Of a stretch of 64,000 bases of DNA, positions 37,885 to 49,950 are shown piece after piece. The notes beneath the pieces are model-generated. The model did no database searches. It saw only the letters and a program-made list of their open reading frames with translations, and was not told where the DNA came from. Each line of letters starts with the position of its first letter. The stretch's first letter is position 1. A program made the translations under genes and the position numbers. Source of the stretch: Mustelus asterias (Eukaryota); the NCBI RefSeq assembly GCF_964213995.1, contig NC_135805.1:81654001-81718000 (forward strand). Reading direction: 5' to 3'.

Positions 37885-40800
37885 TCAAGCTATTCCACTC
37901 CCTATCATCCTGGTGTGCTCCATGTGCCTGTCCAATAAACGCTTAAATGTTTCTAAAGTGTCTGACTCCACTATCACTGCAGGCAGTCCATTCCACACCC
38001 CAACCACTCTCTGCGTAAAGAACCTACCTCTGATATCCGTCCTGTATCTCCCACCACGAACCCTATAGTTATGCCCCCTTGTAATAGCTCCATCCACCCG
38101 AGGAAATAGTCTTTGAACGTTCACTCTATCTATCCCCTTCATCATTTTATACACCTCTATTAAGTCTCCCCTCAGCCTCCTCCGCTCCAGAGAGAACAGC
38201 CCTAGCTCCCTCAACCTTTCCTCATATGACCTACCCTCCAAACCAGGCAGCATCCTGGTAAATCTCCTCTGCACTCTTTCCAGCGCTTCCACATCCTTCT
38301 TATAGTGAGGTGACCAGAACTGCACACAATATTCCAAATGTGGTCTCACCAAGGTCCTGTACAGTTGCAGCATAACCCCACGGCTCTTAAACTCCAACCC
38401 CCTGTTAATAAAAGCTAACACACTATAGGCCTTCTTCACAGCTCTATCCACTTGACTGGCAACCTTTAGAGATCTGTGGATATGGACCCCAAGATCTCTC
38501 TGTTCCTCCACAGTCTTCAGAACCCTACCTTTGACCCTGTAATCCACATTTAAATTTGTCCTACCAAAATGAATCACCTCCCATTTATCAGGGTTAAACT
38601 CCATTTGCCATTTTTCAGCCCAGCTTTGCATCCTATCTATGTCTCTTTGCAGCCTACAACAGCCCTCCACCTCATCCACTACTCCACCAATCTTGGTGTC
38701 ATCAGCAAATTTACTGATCCACCCTTCAGCCCCCTCCTCTAAGTCATTAATAAAAATCACAAAGAGCAGAGGACCAAGCACTGATCCCTGCGGCACACCG
38801 CTAGCAACCTGCCTCCAATCCGAAAATTTTCCATCGACCACCACCCTCTGTCTTCGGTTAGACAGCCAGTTACCTATCCAATCGGCCAACTTTCCCTCTA
38901 TCCCACACCTCCTCACTTTCATCATAAGCCGACCATGGGGGACCTTATCAAACGCCTTACTAAAATCCATGTATATGACATCAACTGCCCTACCTTCATC
39001 AACACACTTAGTTACCTCCTCAAAAAATTCTATCAAATTTGTGAGGCACGACTTGCCCTTCACGAATCCGTGCTGACTATCTCGGATTAATCCGCATCTT
39101 TCTAAATGTTCGTAAATCCCATCCCTAAGGACCCTTTCCATCAATTTACCAACCACCGAAGTAAGACTAACCAGTCTATAATTACCAGGGTCATTTCTAT
39201 TCCCTTTCTTAAACAGAGGAACAACATTCGCCATTCTCCAGTCCTCTGGCACCATCCCCGTGGACAGCGAGGACCCAAAGATCAACGCCAAAGGCTCTGC
39301 AATCTCATCCCTTGCCTCCCACAGAATCCTAGGATACATTTCATCAGGCCCAGGGGACTTATCGACCTTCAGTTTATTCAAAACTGCCAAGACATCCTCC
39401 CTCCGAACATCTATTTCCTCCAGCCTATTAGCCTGTAACACCTTCTCTTCCTCAAAAACATGGCCCCTCTCCTTGGTGAACACTGAAGAAAAGTATTCAT
39501 TCATCACCTCGCCTATCTCTACTGACTCCATACACAAGTTCCCACTACTGTCCTTGACCGGCCCTAACCTCACCCTGGTCATTCTTTTATTCCTCACATA
39601 AGAGTAAAAAGCCTTGGGGTTTTCCTTGATCCGACCCGCCAAGGACTTCTCATGTCCCCTCCTAGCTCTCCTAAGCCCCTTTTTCAGCTCATTCCTTGCT
39701 AACTTGTAACGCTCAATCGAGCCATCTGAACCTTGTTTCCTCATCCCTACATAAGCTTCCCTCTTCCTTTTCACAAGACATTCCACCTCTTTTGTGAACC
39801 ATGGTTCCCTCACTCGGCCATTTCCTCCCTGCCTGACAGGAACATACCTATCAAGGACATCCAGTATTTGTTCCTTGAAAAAGTTCCACTTTTCATTAGT
39901 TCCTTTCTCTGACAGTTTCTGTTCCCAACTTATGCCCCCTAATTCTTGCCTAATCGCATCATAATTACCCCTCCCCCAATTGTAAACCTTGCCCTGCCGT
40001 ACGGCCCTATCCCTCTCCATTGCAATAACAAAAGACACCGAATGGTGGTCACTATCTCCAAATTGCTCTCCCACAACCAAATCTAACACTTGGCCCGGTT
40101 CATTTCCCAGTACCAAATCCAATGTGGCCTCACCTCTAGTCGGCCCATCCACATATTGTGTCAGGAAACCCTCCCGCACACACTGCACAAAAACTGCCCC
40201 ATCCAAACTATTTGACCTACAAAGGTTCCAATCAATATTTGGAAAGTTAAAGTCCCCCATGACAACTACCCTGTGACCCCCACACATATCCATAATCTGC
40301 TTAGCAATTTCTTCCTCCACATCTCTATTACTATTTGGGGGCCTATAGTAAACTCCTAGCAACGTGACCGCTCCTTTCCTATTTCTAACTTCAGCCCATA
40401 TTACCTCAGTGTGCAGATCCCCCACGAAGTGCCTTTCCGCAGCCGTTAAACTATCCTTGATTAACAATGCCACTCCTCCACCTCTTTTACCAGCTTCCCT
40501 ACACTGAGTGAAACATCTATACCCCGGAACGTCCAACAACCATTCCTGTCCTTGTTCTACCCACGTCTCCGTAATGGCCACAACATCGTAGTCCCAAGTA
40601 CCAATCCACGCCCCAAGTTCATCTACCTTGTTCCGGATGCTCCTTGCATTGAAGTAGACACACTTCAACCCACCTTCCTGTCTACCAGTACCCACCCTTG
40701 ACCCTGATACCATCCCCAATACCTCACCACCCTCACTGACTTCTGGACTACAACTCCCTTTCCCACTCCCCTGACAAATTAGTTTAAACCCCCCTGAAGA

Positions 40801-40899
40801 GCCGTAACAAATTTCCCTCCGAGGATATTGGTGCCCCTCTGGTTCAGGTGCACCCCGTCCTGTTTGTACAGGTCCCACCTTCCCCAGAACGTATTCCAA
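37885..40899 (-). CDS. CR1 ORF2: APE endonuclease plus reverse transcriptase (first in-frame ATG at 40713)
   Basis: 1004 codons without a stop; FNARS, ITETW, GDFN, SDH, QHGF, DFSKAFD, PQGSVLGP, KFADD. Confidence 0.95.
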   Translation of the reverse strand: MEYVLGKVGPVQTGRGAPEPEGHQYPRREICYGSSGGFKLICQGSGKGSCSPEVSEGGEVLGMVSGSRVGTGRQEGGLKCVYFNARSIRNKVDELGAWIGTWDYDVVAITETWVEQGQEWLLDVPGYRCFTQCREAGKRGGGVALLIKDSLTAAERHFVGDLHTEVIWAEVRNRKGAVTLLGVYYRPPNSNRDVEEEIAKQIMDMCGGHRVVVMGDFNFPNIDWNLCRSNSLDGAVFVQCVREGFLTQYVDGPTRGEATLDLVLGNEPGQVLDLVVGEQFGDSDHHSVSFVIAMERDRAVRQGKVYNWGRGNYDAIRQELGGISWEQKLSEKGTNEKWNFFKEQILDVLDRYVPVRQGGNGRVREPWFTKEVECLVKRKREAYVGMRKQGSDGSIERYKLARNELKKGLRRARRGHEKSLAGRIKENPKAFYSYVRNKRMTRVRLGPVKDSSGNLCMESVEIGEVMNEYFSSVFTKERGHVFEEEKVLQANRLEEIDVRREDVLAVLNKLKVDKSPGPDEMYPRILWEARDEIAEPLALIFGSSLSTGMVPEDWRMANVVPLFKKGNRNDPGNYRLVSLTSVVGKLMERVLRDGIYEHLERCGLIRDSQHGFVKGKSCLTNLIEFFEEVTKCVDEGRAVDVIYMDFSKAFDKVPHGRLMMKVRRCGIEGKLADWIGNWLSNRRQRVVVDGKFSDWRQVASGVPQGSVLGPLLFVIFINDLEEGAEGWISKFADDTKIGGVVDEVEGCCRLQRDIDRMQSWAEKWQMEFNPDKWEVIHFGRTNLNVDYRVKGRVLKTVEEQRDLGVHIHRSLKVASQVDRAVKKAYSVLAFINRGLEFKSRGVMLQLYRTLVRPHLEYCVQFWSPHYKKDVEALERVQRRFTRMLPGLEGRSYEERLRELGLFSLERRRLRGDLIEVYKMMKGIDRVNVQRLFPRVDGAITRGHNYRVRGGRYRTDIRGRFFTQRVVGVWNGLPAVIVESDTLETFKRLLDRHMEHTRMIGSGIA

Positions 40900-41705
40900 T
40901 TATCCACGTATCTGAAACCCTCCCTCCTACACCATCCCTGCAACCACATATTTAACTGCACTCTCTCCCTGTTCCTCAACTCGCTATCACGTGGTACCGG
41001 CAACGTACCAGAGATGACCACATGTTTCGTCTTGGCTCTCAGCTTCCAGCCCAGCTCCAGAAATTCCTGCTTTAAATCCCCGTCCCTTCTCTTACCTATG
41101 TCATTGGTACCAATGTGCACCACGACTTGTGACTGTTTCCCCTCCCCCTTCAGAATCTGGAAAACACGGTCTGAGACATCACGGACCTTGGCATCCGGTA
41201 GGCAACATACCATCCGTGAGTCTCTTTTGCTGCCACAGAACCTCCTATCTATCCCTCTAACTAACGAGTCCCCAATAACTATCGCCCTCCCGCTCTCCCC
41301 CTTTCCCTCCCGAGCCACAGAGACGGACACAGTGCTGGAGATCCTCTCACTGCGGCTCCCCACTGGTATGTCATCCCCCTCAACCGTATCCAAAGCGGAA
41401 TACTTGTTGCTAAGGGGAACGACCACCGGGGATCCCTGCACGGACTGCTTCCTCCCAGCCCCTCTCACCGTCACCCATCTGTTTTCAATCCTCGGAGTAA
41501 CTGTATTCCTAAAGCTTGTGTCTATGGCCATCTCTGCGTCCCTGATGATCCTAAGTTCATCCAACTCCAGCTCCAGTTCCCTGACACGGTTTTGGAGGAG
41601 CTGCAGATGGGTGCACTTCCCACAGGTGTAATCAGTAGGGACACTGTCGTCGTCCCTCACCTCAAACATAGTGCAAGAGGAACATTGCACTGCCTGCACA
41701 CCCAT
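40779..41705 (-). CDS. CR1 ORF1: Zn finger/leucine zipper plus SGNH esterase
   Basis: 308 aa; CSSC..CGKC, LQLLQNRVRELELEL, IGDS, HIGTND, DGVH. Confidence 0.93.
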   Translation of the reverse strand: MGVQAVQCSSCTMFEVRDDDSVPTDYTCGKCTHLQLLQNRVRELELELDELRIIRDAEMAIDTSFRNTVTPRIENRWVTVRGAGRKQSVQGSPVVVPLSNKYSALDTVEGDDIPVGSRSERISSTVSVSVAREGKGESGRAIVIGDSLVRGIDRRFCGSKRDSRMVCCLPDAKVRDVSDRVFQILKGEGKQSQVVVHIGTNDIGKRRDGDLKQEFLELGWKLRAKTKHVVISGTLPVPRDSELRNRERVQLNMWLQGWCRREGFRYVDNWNTFWGRWDLYKQDGVHLNQRGTNILGGKFVTALQGGLN

Positions 41706-41898
41706 CCCCTCTAGATACCTTGCCAGTACCAGGTAGAAAGTGCAAAAATGAATTCAACTCACCCCTGCTCGCCCTTTCAGCCTAAGCCCTGTGAGCCAAA
41801 GTCTTATAGCTCACACTCTGCTTCCCACACACTCCCCTGCCCGCTCCCGACGCTGCCCGCTGTATACTGCAGCCTACCTTTTATACTTCACGCGCTTA

Positions 41899-42578
41899 AA
41901 AAACCCTTCCCAGACTCCTTTGCTGCCCACTTCTAGTTTTCACTTTAAACTTGAAAAACTGCTGTTAAAGTAAAGGCCAAAAAAATACACACACTACCTG
42001 ACTAATTAAATAAATAAACAATTCAATTAATCCAATTAATCTCTCACCAGCACTGCTGCCTTCAATCACCCCTCTCAGCTTGCTCCAGTGGATCAATGAG
42101 GGGGAACCTCCCAGGTAACTGACTTTTAAAGTTAAAATAAAAACCCTTCCCAGACTCCTTTGCTGCCCACTTCTAGTTTTCACTTTAAAAATGAAAAACT
42201 GCTGTTAAAGTAAAGGCCAAAAAAATACACACACTAGCTGACTAATTAAATAAATAAACAATTCAATTAATCCAATTAATCTCTCACCAGCACTGCTGCC
42301 TTCAATCACCCCTCTCAGCTTGCTCCAGTGGATCAATGAGGGGGAACCTCCCAGGTAACTGACTTTTAAAGTTAAAATAAAAACGCTTCCCAGACTCCTT
42401 TGCTGCCCACTTCTAGTTTTCACTTTAAACTTGAAAAACTGCTGTTAAAGTAAAGGCCAAAAAAATACACACACTAGCTGACTAATTAAATAAATAAACA
42501 ATTCAATTAATCCAATTAATCTCTCACCAGCACTGCTGCCTTCAATCACCCCTCTCAGCTTGCTCCAGTGGATCAATG
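41899..42578 (-). repeat. 240-bp tandem monomers (about 2.8 copies) forming the CR1 5' end
   Basis: Exact 240-nt periodicity; only about 4 variable positions among the copies. Confidence 0.95.
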
Positions 42579-44670
42579 AACTAGGACATTATGCATTTTG
42601 GTCCTGATGCACTGTCTTAGCAACTTGAACAGGGGTTGCTTGTAGATCCCCTCATTTTGAGTCACCAAAAGCATACAATCACAGCATGGAGAAAAATATA
42701 CCAAACTGTATTGGCATTAGGACCCAGCCCTTATTTACCCTTTACGAATCTTAAAACCATCTAATGTTGCTCTGTTATAAATGACAGAATTGTGCATGTT
42801 CTCATAGAAAGGCAAGGAGTCTAGGTGGGGCTGTCTAGTTTCCAGAACAGTTTAAAGAATCCTTCTCTACCAATGAGATCAAAAGCCTCTGAGAGGTCTG
42901 TGAAGACAGTGTAGAGTGGTCAGCATTGTTCGCAGCAACTCTGCTGTAATAGGCAAAGTGAGAAAATCATGTTGATCTGCCAACTCTGAAGCCACACTGA
43001 GACTTTGGGTTGACGTGTGATGTCCAGGTGTGCACTCTAGTCAGAACAAAGACCTCCCACATGATACTTGACAAGATGATGCCTTGGTCATTGTTATAGT
43101 CTCCTTTGCTTTAGCACAAGGTGATTAAATTTGTATTATGCATGTCTTGAGGCACAAATTTTTTCTTAAGCAGAATCTGGAAAGGGTGAAACCATGATCA
43201 GACAGGTAACAAGGCTGGCCCATTGCACTTGGGGTGTGCTGGCACCTGTGGTGGTGGTCTACCCAGGCTAGGGTAGAGTAAAGGATCAGGGCAGCTAATG
43301 AAGTCAAACCAAGGCTTTACTTGATGCAATTTTTCAAAGTATCTCAGCCTGTTGGTTAAGATGAAGCATTGGGTTAAGCCCGGGATGGGGTGCAATGCCT
43401 CATCCTGTCAGCTTGGATCTTTGTCCCTTATGTGGATCCATATATTGGATTCAATTTGAATTGGGTTTTTTTGGATGGAATAAAACTACTGAAAGCTATC
43501 AAAAAAAAGCAAAGGAGTAACAGTTCATGGAGATGCTGCAGCAGTGCCAATTTTCCAAATTTGATGATTTCATATCCAGGAACTTAACCACTGGCAAGAT
43601 GCTGAGCTCTATTATGGCAGGTTCACTGTCCAGCTTCTCCATGATAGAAGCCTGGAATGGCATTGAGAGCTTCTTCAATGACATTGTTCTCTATTGCATA
43701 GCGTTAAAGAGAGTTCTCCCCACAACTTTCCATCCACTTGCTACGTTCAGTAATGATCATCCCAAACTTTGTCTTCAAGAAGGCTGATTTGGCTGTTGCT
43801 GGGCTTGTGACTTTCTTGATTGCCTCATACATCCCTCTAGCATCCCGGGATTCAGCAGTAGATTGTTTGCTGTTGCAGAGTTTCAACTCGTATTGATTGG
43901 TTCAGTGCCGCACAGTCTGTTGAGACTTGATTCCGGCAACTCAGAGAGCACCTAGATTTTGTTTACTGGCGACTTGCTTGTGGTTCTTGAGGGCTCCACT
44001 CTTGGTTGCAGTAACTGGCCCCATTTCAGTCCAACAAGCCTCAAACCAGTCAGTATTCCTCTGATCTCTTTTCCCGTAAGCAGTGAGTGCAGAGTTATGG
44101 ATGATGTTGTGCAGATGATCCCACTTTGACGCTACATTCTAGTCTTTGGCGTTGTTGTCCAAAAAGCCTGTTCAAAAATGTTGAGGAACATAGGAACTCC
44201 AGGGTTCTTTCTGGATCAGTTCTAAGGCAAGTGTTGATCTGAGGACAACCTTTTTATAGGAGTGGTATAGTTTCCTTGGTTGGGGCCTGACCTTGCTATA
44301 TACCAGGTCAGTGTCACAGTCAGCCACATGATACCTATGAGTCAGGAGGACACTGTTAGACCTGGTTATGATTAAATCCAGCTGGTGCTAATAGCATGAT
44401 GTCAGATGCCTCCAGGACACCTTCTGAAATGCCCTGCATGAGAAGTAGCTGTTCATCACACACAGTCCATGGTAACAGCATAGTTCCAGCAAACTCTGTC
44501 CATCTTCATGCACCCTGCCAATTCCCTAGTGCCCTCTGCATATTGACCAAGCTGTCTAGTTGGTACCCACCCTAGCATTGAACTGTCTCAGAAGGTATAT
44601 CCCTCCATGCTGGGAATTCTGCTGATGGCAGCATCAAGTGCCTCAAAGTATTGATCCTTCATATTTAGGG

Positions 44671-45437
44671 TGAATGTGAACATCACGTGGCTGAGGAACT
44701 GGTGCAGGGGGCAGGGTTTCCAATTCTTGGATCATTGGGACCTCTTCTGGGGCAGGTGGGACCTGTACAAGAGAGACGGGTTACACCTAAACTACAAGGG
44801 GACCAATATACTTGCAGGGAGATTTACTAGTGTTATTGGGGAGCGTTTAAACTAGATTTGCAGGGGGATGGGAACCAGAGTGCCAGAGCAGATAGTGGAG
44901 CAGGGGTAAAAAGACAGGTTAGTTCAAGCAAAATCACAAATGGAAGGGTTGAGTGTGGTGGAAATAATCTTTTGAGGTGTGTCTATTTCAATGCCAGGAG
45001 TATTGTGGGGAAGGCAGATGAGCTGAAGGCGTGGATAGACACATGGAAATATGACATGGAGCGGAGGAGGTTGAGAGGAGACTTGATAGAGGTTTATAAG
45101 ATGATGAGGGGGATAGATAGAGTGAACGTTCAAAGACTATTTCCTCGGGTGAATGGAGTGGTAACTAGGGGGCATAACTATAGCGTTCATGGTGGGAGAT
45201 ATAGGAAGGATGTCCAAGGTAGGTTTTTTACTCAGAGAGTGGCTGGGGTGTGGAATGGACTGCCTGCACGGATAGTGGAGTCAGAAACTTTAGGAACATT
45301 TAAGAAGCTATTGGACAGGCACATGGAGTACTTCGGGATGATAGGGAGGAAATAGCTTGATTTGGGTTTCAGACAAAGCTCGGCACAACATCGTGGGCCA
45401 AAGGGCCTGTTCTGTGCTGCACTGTTCTATGTTCTAT
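44671..45437 (+). mobile_element. Internally deleted or chimeric CR1
   Basis: ORF1 end (..DGLHLN..ERLN*), ORF2 start (..WIDTWKYD) joined at about 45058 to the ORF2 end (ERRRLRGDLIEV..), then a GTTCTAT tail. Confidence 0.88.
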
Positions 45438-48400
45438 CAGGGCATACATGCACTTGAGGCTAACTGGGCCATGTTTGTTGACAAGTGAAGAGTAAGAAGT
45501 TTCTCTGATCCTTCAGTGAGACATTCAGTCATTGCGAGTAGATTTATTTTTATTGTGAAACCCACTCCATGTTCATATTTTACCTCTTGAGTTTCCCCCT
45601 GCCAGAAGAATGGGTAGTGTTTCACTTTAAGGGATCCACTTTGAGTGAGCTTCGTTTCATGCAGCCCAGCAATATTTTAAAACGTCATCCTTTTAAAAAA
45701 TTTGTTTTGAAAAAAATGCCTTGATAAACTCAAAAGTGGTAAATTTTAAACTTTCAAAGTGGCAATTCTCGCAGTTTGACAAATACAGCTAAAATGGGTG
45801 TACAACAAAATAACATTTTAACGGCCATATCAACCACTACCTGTGAGTCACCCAATTTTAAATTACTGAAAATGACTTAAAAAATAGACAGAATCATTTC
45901 CTGGTTATAATTGGACGCAGAAGCCAGTTTCTTAGTAAATTTAACAGAAAAATATCTTGGGTAAGCTTTTAAAACCTGTTTCCTTGCATGCAAAAGAACA
46001 AGTTAATTTTAAGAGGCTCCTCAAAGGCATGAAACACACGCAATTAAAGGAAACTCTCAATGGTGATATTAATTCATCCAGGGGCATGGCCAGTTTTGAG
46101 GGTACGGGACCAGCTTCTATTGTGCAATATTTTTTAATTAGCAGAGAAGATCGCAGGAACTTCAGTTGCATTGAACTTAATTTATGTTTAAAATTCTGCG
46201 GTCTTTTGTGCTGGATTGACCCAATTTTGTCGTGACCCGTACTGAGAAAATTACCACAAATGAGCAGAAACAGTTTAATCCGATGCAACCTTTTAACTTG
46301 TGATATTATTATAAAACAGACACAATTCTATGGAAGGAGAACAGCTGAAAATGGAATATGTCATTCAGTATAGATAGGATAAAGCACAGCTTTATGTGAA
46401 TGAGAACAGTTTTGGTCGAATAGATGAAAATTCTTGAAAATAATGTTACAAATACATAGCTAATGTAGTCTTAAGAAATGTCATGCATCTTTTCATCTGT
46501 GCTAATTAATTTGATTTGCTTTGGCTTCTGTTAATAATACTGGGGCTCAGTTTGGCATCATGCCTATAGCCTGAATGATGGAACATTACACTTTGTCTCC
46601 AAGTTGTTAAATGTGCTACATAGCTAACCTCATGAAATGCTTACTTAATTTATTTCCCAAACAAGACTCCAACATAGTTCTGACTCAAATAATATTAGCT
46701 ATGTTCAATTTGAAGTATTTAATGAACAACTGGATAAGATATGACCATTCGTAATTATCTAGCTGTGAGTACTACACATACTTCCATTCCATTGGGTAGT
46801 TACATAGTAGCCATCACTAAATGCCTGATCATATTTTACAGCATAAACTTTCTGCTCGGCAGTTGTATTAGTGGAAGTGAGGCAGATGAGCCCTTCAACA
46901 CACCTCAGAAATGCTTGCCTGCTTCCAGTTTTAGGAGCATTAATATATAGGAGGCAGGGTTCCTTGCCTCTTCCAGGGAGTCGGGCACTTTGGGGAAGTA
47001 TATTGCGCTGCAAGGTTCTACCACAGTGAAAAGCAAGAGGCATCTAGCACTTGGAATCAATTTTTTGGCCTCCTTACCATGTTAATTTTTCCTGATGAAA
47101 CCTCAGTATGGCCATGCTCTGAAAAATAATTAGTCTCCTCTTCGCGATTTAGGCTGAGCTCCTCTTACCAACATCTGAATACACAATTATGGTACCTGCG
47201 GTGTAAGTTGTAGGAATCTCAGTGGAGGCTGTGCTTCCCTCACTTTCATTATTTACCATGTGAAGACCCACAAATGGGCAGGCATAGGTCACAGCCCCCT
47301 GGCCCCCTTATCTGAGGTTTGCCAGTAGAAAGAAACAGGGAACCGGGGATATGTTGTAGCATTAAATATTACTGCCATCACCTTTTAGTACAGCAAAGTG
47401 AAAATGTAGCTCAAAAGACTCTGCAGCTGTGACATTTACAATTTCAAGTGCTGAATCAGGAGGACAAAGAAGTCTGGTTGCAGTCACAGGCCAACAAAGA
47501 CAGCCTCTCATTCATCCTGCACCAAAGGGATATTTTATCTTCTGCCTCTAAATTAAAGTTATAATAGGAGCATGTCTGTGAGTTAAAGAACAGATTTAGA
47601 TGTTGATATAAGATCAGCTTTCTTCCCAATAGTTTTCCTGCACTGATCGATTTTAGCAAGGCTTAAAAGAGATTTCAGAGTTAAGCTTCATGGAATAATG
47701 AATTGTGCTGCAGTTTCACAGTAATGAAAGGTTGCACCATGATAATTTTGGATGATTTTGAAATGGTAGTCTAGGGCTTTTTGATATCTGGTATTGACAC
47801 TGGCCTTTCATTGAGTTGGAGAAAAGCTCTGAAATTTGATGTAACTAAATTTTGACTCTGCAAGCAAAACAGCAGAACCCAACATTGTTTAAATTATCTT
47901 TAAACTTTCTTTGATAGGAAATAGGTTTTGGATTCATTATTGTTGTCCATTGTTGTGTGCGTATGGTGAAGGTTTACCGCAGGAGTCAATTTAAAAACAA
48001 CCTCGGATTTCGAATGATGGAAGGCTGTCAGACCCAATGAGCTCCACATCACATTTTGTCTGCCTTGAGCAGAGTTCAGTCTGTGGGTGCTATGGTTAAT
48101 AGCTTCATACAGTTCCTAGTGGACATGGGTTCAAAGAGGAAAACTTTCCTTCATTTGGCAATCCCACTCAGATAAATCACAAGATGACTGAAATGGAAGA
48201 TACTTCACTAGTACAGAGGCTTGTTTGGTATCCTCTCGCACATTAAGCAGAATTTAGTGGCCGGAGCAGTGGGCCCGTCCATTGGCTGGACAGCTGGTGG
48301 CAACTCCACTGTTCCAGCAGGGATGATTTCGCACTGCATTTTCTGGTGCAGGTCAAATGCCCTGCTTCTGAGACCTGTCAGTCAATCAAAGGCGGGCAGC

Positions 48401-49657
48401 TCTCTAATACAAAAAGAGCCACTGGGAGCAGTGACCACTCCAAGTACTATAATGGAGCCAGAGTCTCTGGATTAAGGTGAATGGAGCATTACGTCCTCTC
48501 TTTTTCCCTTGGGTAATAGTTGGCAGGCAGATTATCAGCCTGTCTAAACAGAATCATGAACTCTCCTTCTGTGGCCATCAAACTCTGGAGTGGGGCTTGA
48601 GCCCACTGGATTCTGGTTCAGAGGCAAGGCTACCGACAGAGCCGTAAGACCTCCTATGCTGGTGGTGAGACCCATTCTTCGAACCTGTGGTAGAGTGCTG
48701 TATCTAACCATGCTGAAGCGGATCTTGGAGTACCTAATGTTGGCAATTCCTGGTTCTATGTGATACTCTGCTAGTGTGAAGAATAGAATAACAACACAGT
48801 GAGGATGGCATTGCAATAGTGAGAGCAGCAGTACCCCAAACTCAGAAACATCATCCCATGTCTTGAACAGATAAATTGTGGGACTAAGACTATATGGGGA
48901 TGAGGCTGCTACAAAGAATTCTCCCTCCCTCTCTCTCTCCACTTGGAATGCTTCAGATTGTTCTCTTCCACCAGGTCACCTGAGTCATAGTGGTAACCTG
49001 GTGGGAAATCTGCTGGAGCCTTGGACCTGGGTTTTTACGTCCCAATGCTGAACCAATGGGGATCCCTCCCGTGCCTGTGCTGCCTATATGGCATTTTCTC
49101 CATGGTCACCTTTTATTCACAGAGATCACAAAGCCTCAGAGAACTCTGCCTGCTCCTCCAATTATTGAGCCGCAGCCTGTGAGCTGCCAGTGGAACATCT
49201 TTGTGACTGTGCTCCCTTCTCTGAGAGGGGCAGTCCACAGAAGCCTTGTCCTCTGACTCTTCCTCCATGCTGCCGTGAGAGATGGTAGGCCAATTCCACA
49301 CTGACTACACCCCCCCCCCCTGATGAAAAATTCCACTCTGGGCTGGAGGCAGGATCACAGTGCCAGGAAACTTCCCGTCTCCTGATTCCCAACTCCAACA
49401 TGAAAACAGACCCACTTCCTGTTCCACCTGCTGCCATTTACACTCAGTGGATGAAGAAGGAAAGCATTATAGCTAAATTATCAAAACATTAGTACTTTAA
49501 AACTACTTGATATCAAAGTTAGTTGATAGTTTACTGCAACATTTCAACATTTTTTATTGTCCTTGTATCATCATACCACTTCTTACTTTCTTTTCTAGAT
49601 CTCACATAATTGACTTAAATTACTTTTTTGATTTCTGCCCTCTTCTTTCCCTTCTGA

Positions 49658-49950
49658 ATCATAGAATGCCTTCAGAAGGCCATTCGGACCATCGAGACTG
49701 GCAACAATCCCACCCAGGCCCTATCCCTGTAACCCCTCATATTTACCTTGCTAATTTACCCCGACACTAAGGGGCAATTTAGCATGGCCAACCAGTCTGG
49801 ACTCTGGGAGGAAACCGGAGCATCTAGAGTAAACCCATGCAGACACGGGGAAAACGTGCAAACTCCACACACTCACCTGAGGTGAGGAATTGAGCACAGG
49901 TCTTTGGCACTGTGAGTCAGCAGTGCTAACCACTGTGCCACCATGCTGTC
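49658..49950 (-). mobile_element. HE1-like V-SINE, diverged
   Basis: Homologous to 12698-13046 in head, V core and CR1-type tail. Confidence 0.8.

Larger units (their letters stand above)
37800..42578 (-). mobile_element. Full-length CR1 LINE (subfamily B), both ORFs intact
   Basis: (TTCTATG)3 tail at 37800-37820; uninterrupted ORF1 and ORF2; AACT duplicated at 37796-37799 and 42579-42582. Confidence 0.96.
37130..45670 (-). mobile_element. Old RTE-clade LINE split by two CR1 insertions (pieces about 37130-37799, 42579-44670, 45438-45670)
   Basis: YPFFWQG...EHGVGF (endonuclease), LLFAND and ELGLTIIVRKTKVMGQ (RT), VWTNSKLT.NT.LGVYQ.CVL; reads collinearly across the insertions. Confidence 0.75.

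Noticed and set aside
40828-41631. 267-aa antisense ORF, and the 325-aa ORF at 57720-58697
   Set aside because: Shadow frames opposite CR1 ORFs, with no recognisable domains.
41965-42423. Two near-identical 72-aa ORFs; the array looks superficially CRISPR-like
   Set aside because: By-products of the 240-bp monomers with non-ATG starts; no unique spacers, no cas genes, eukaryotic context.
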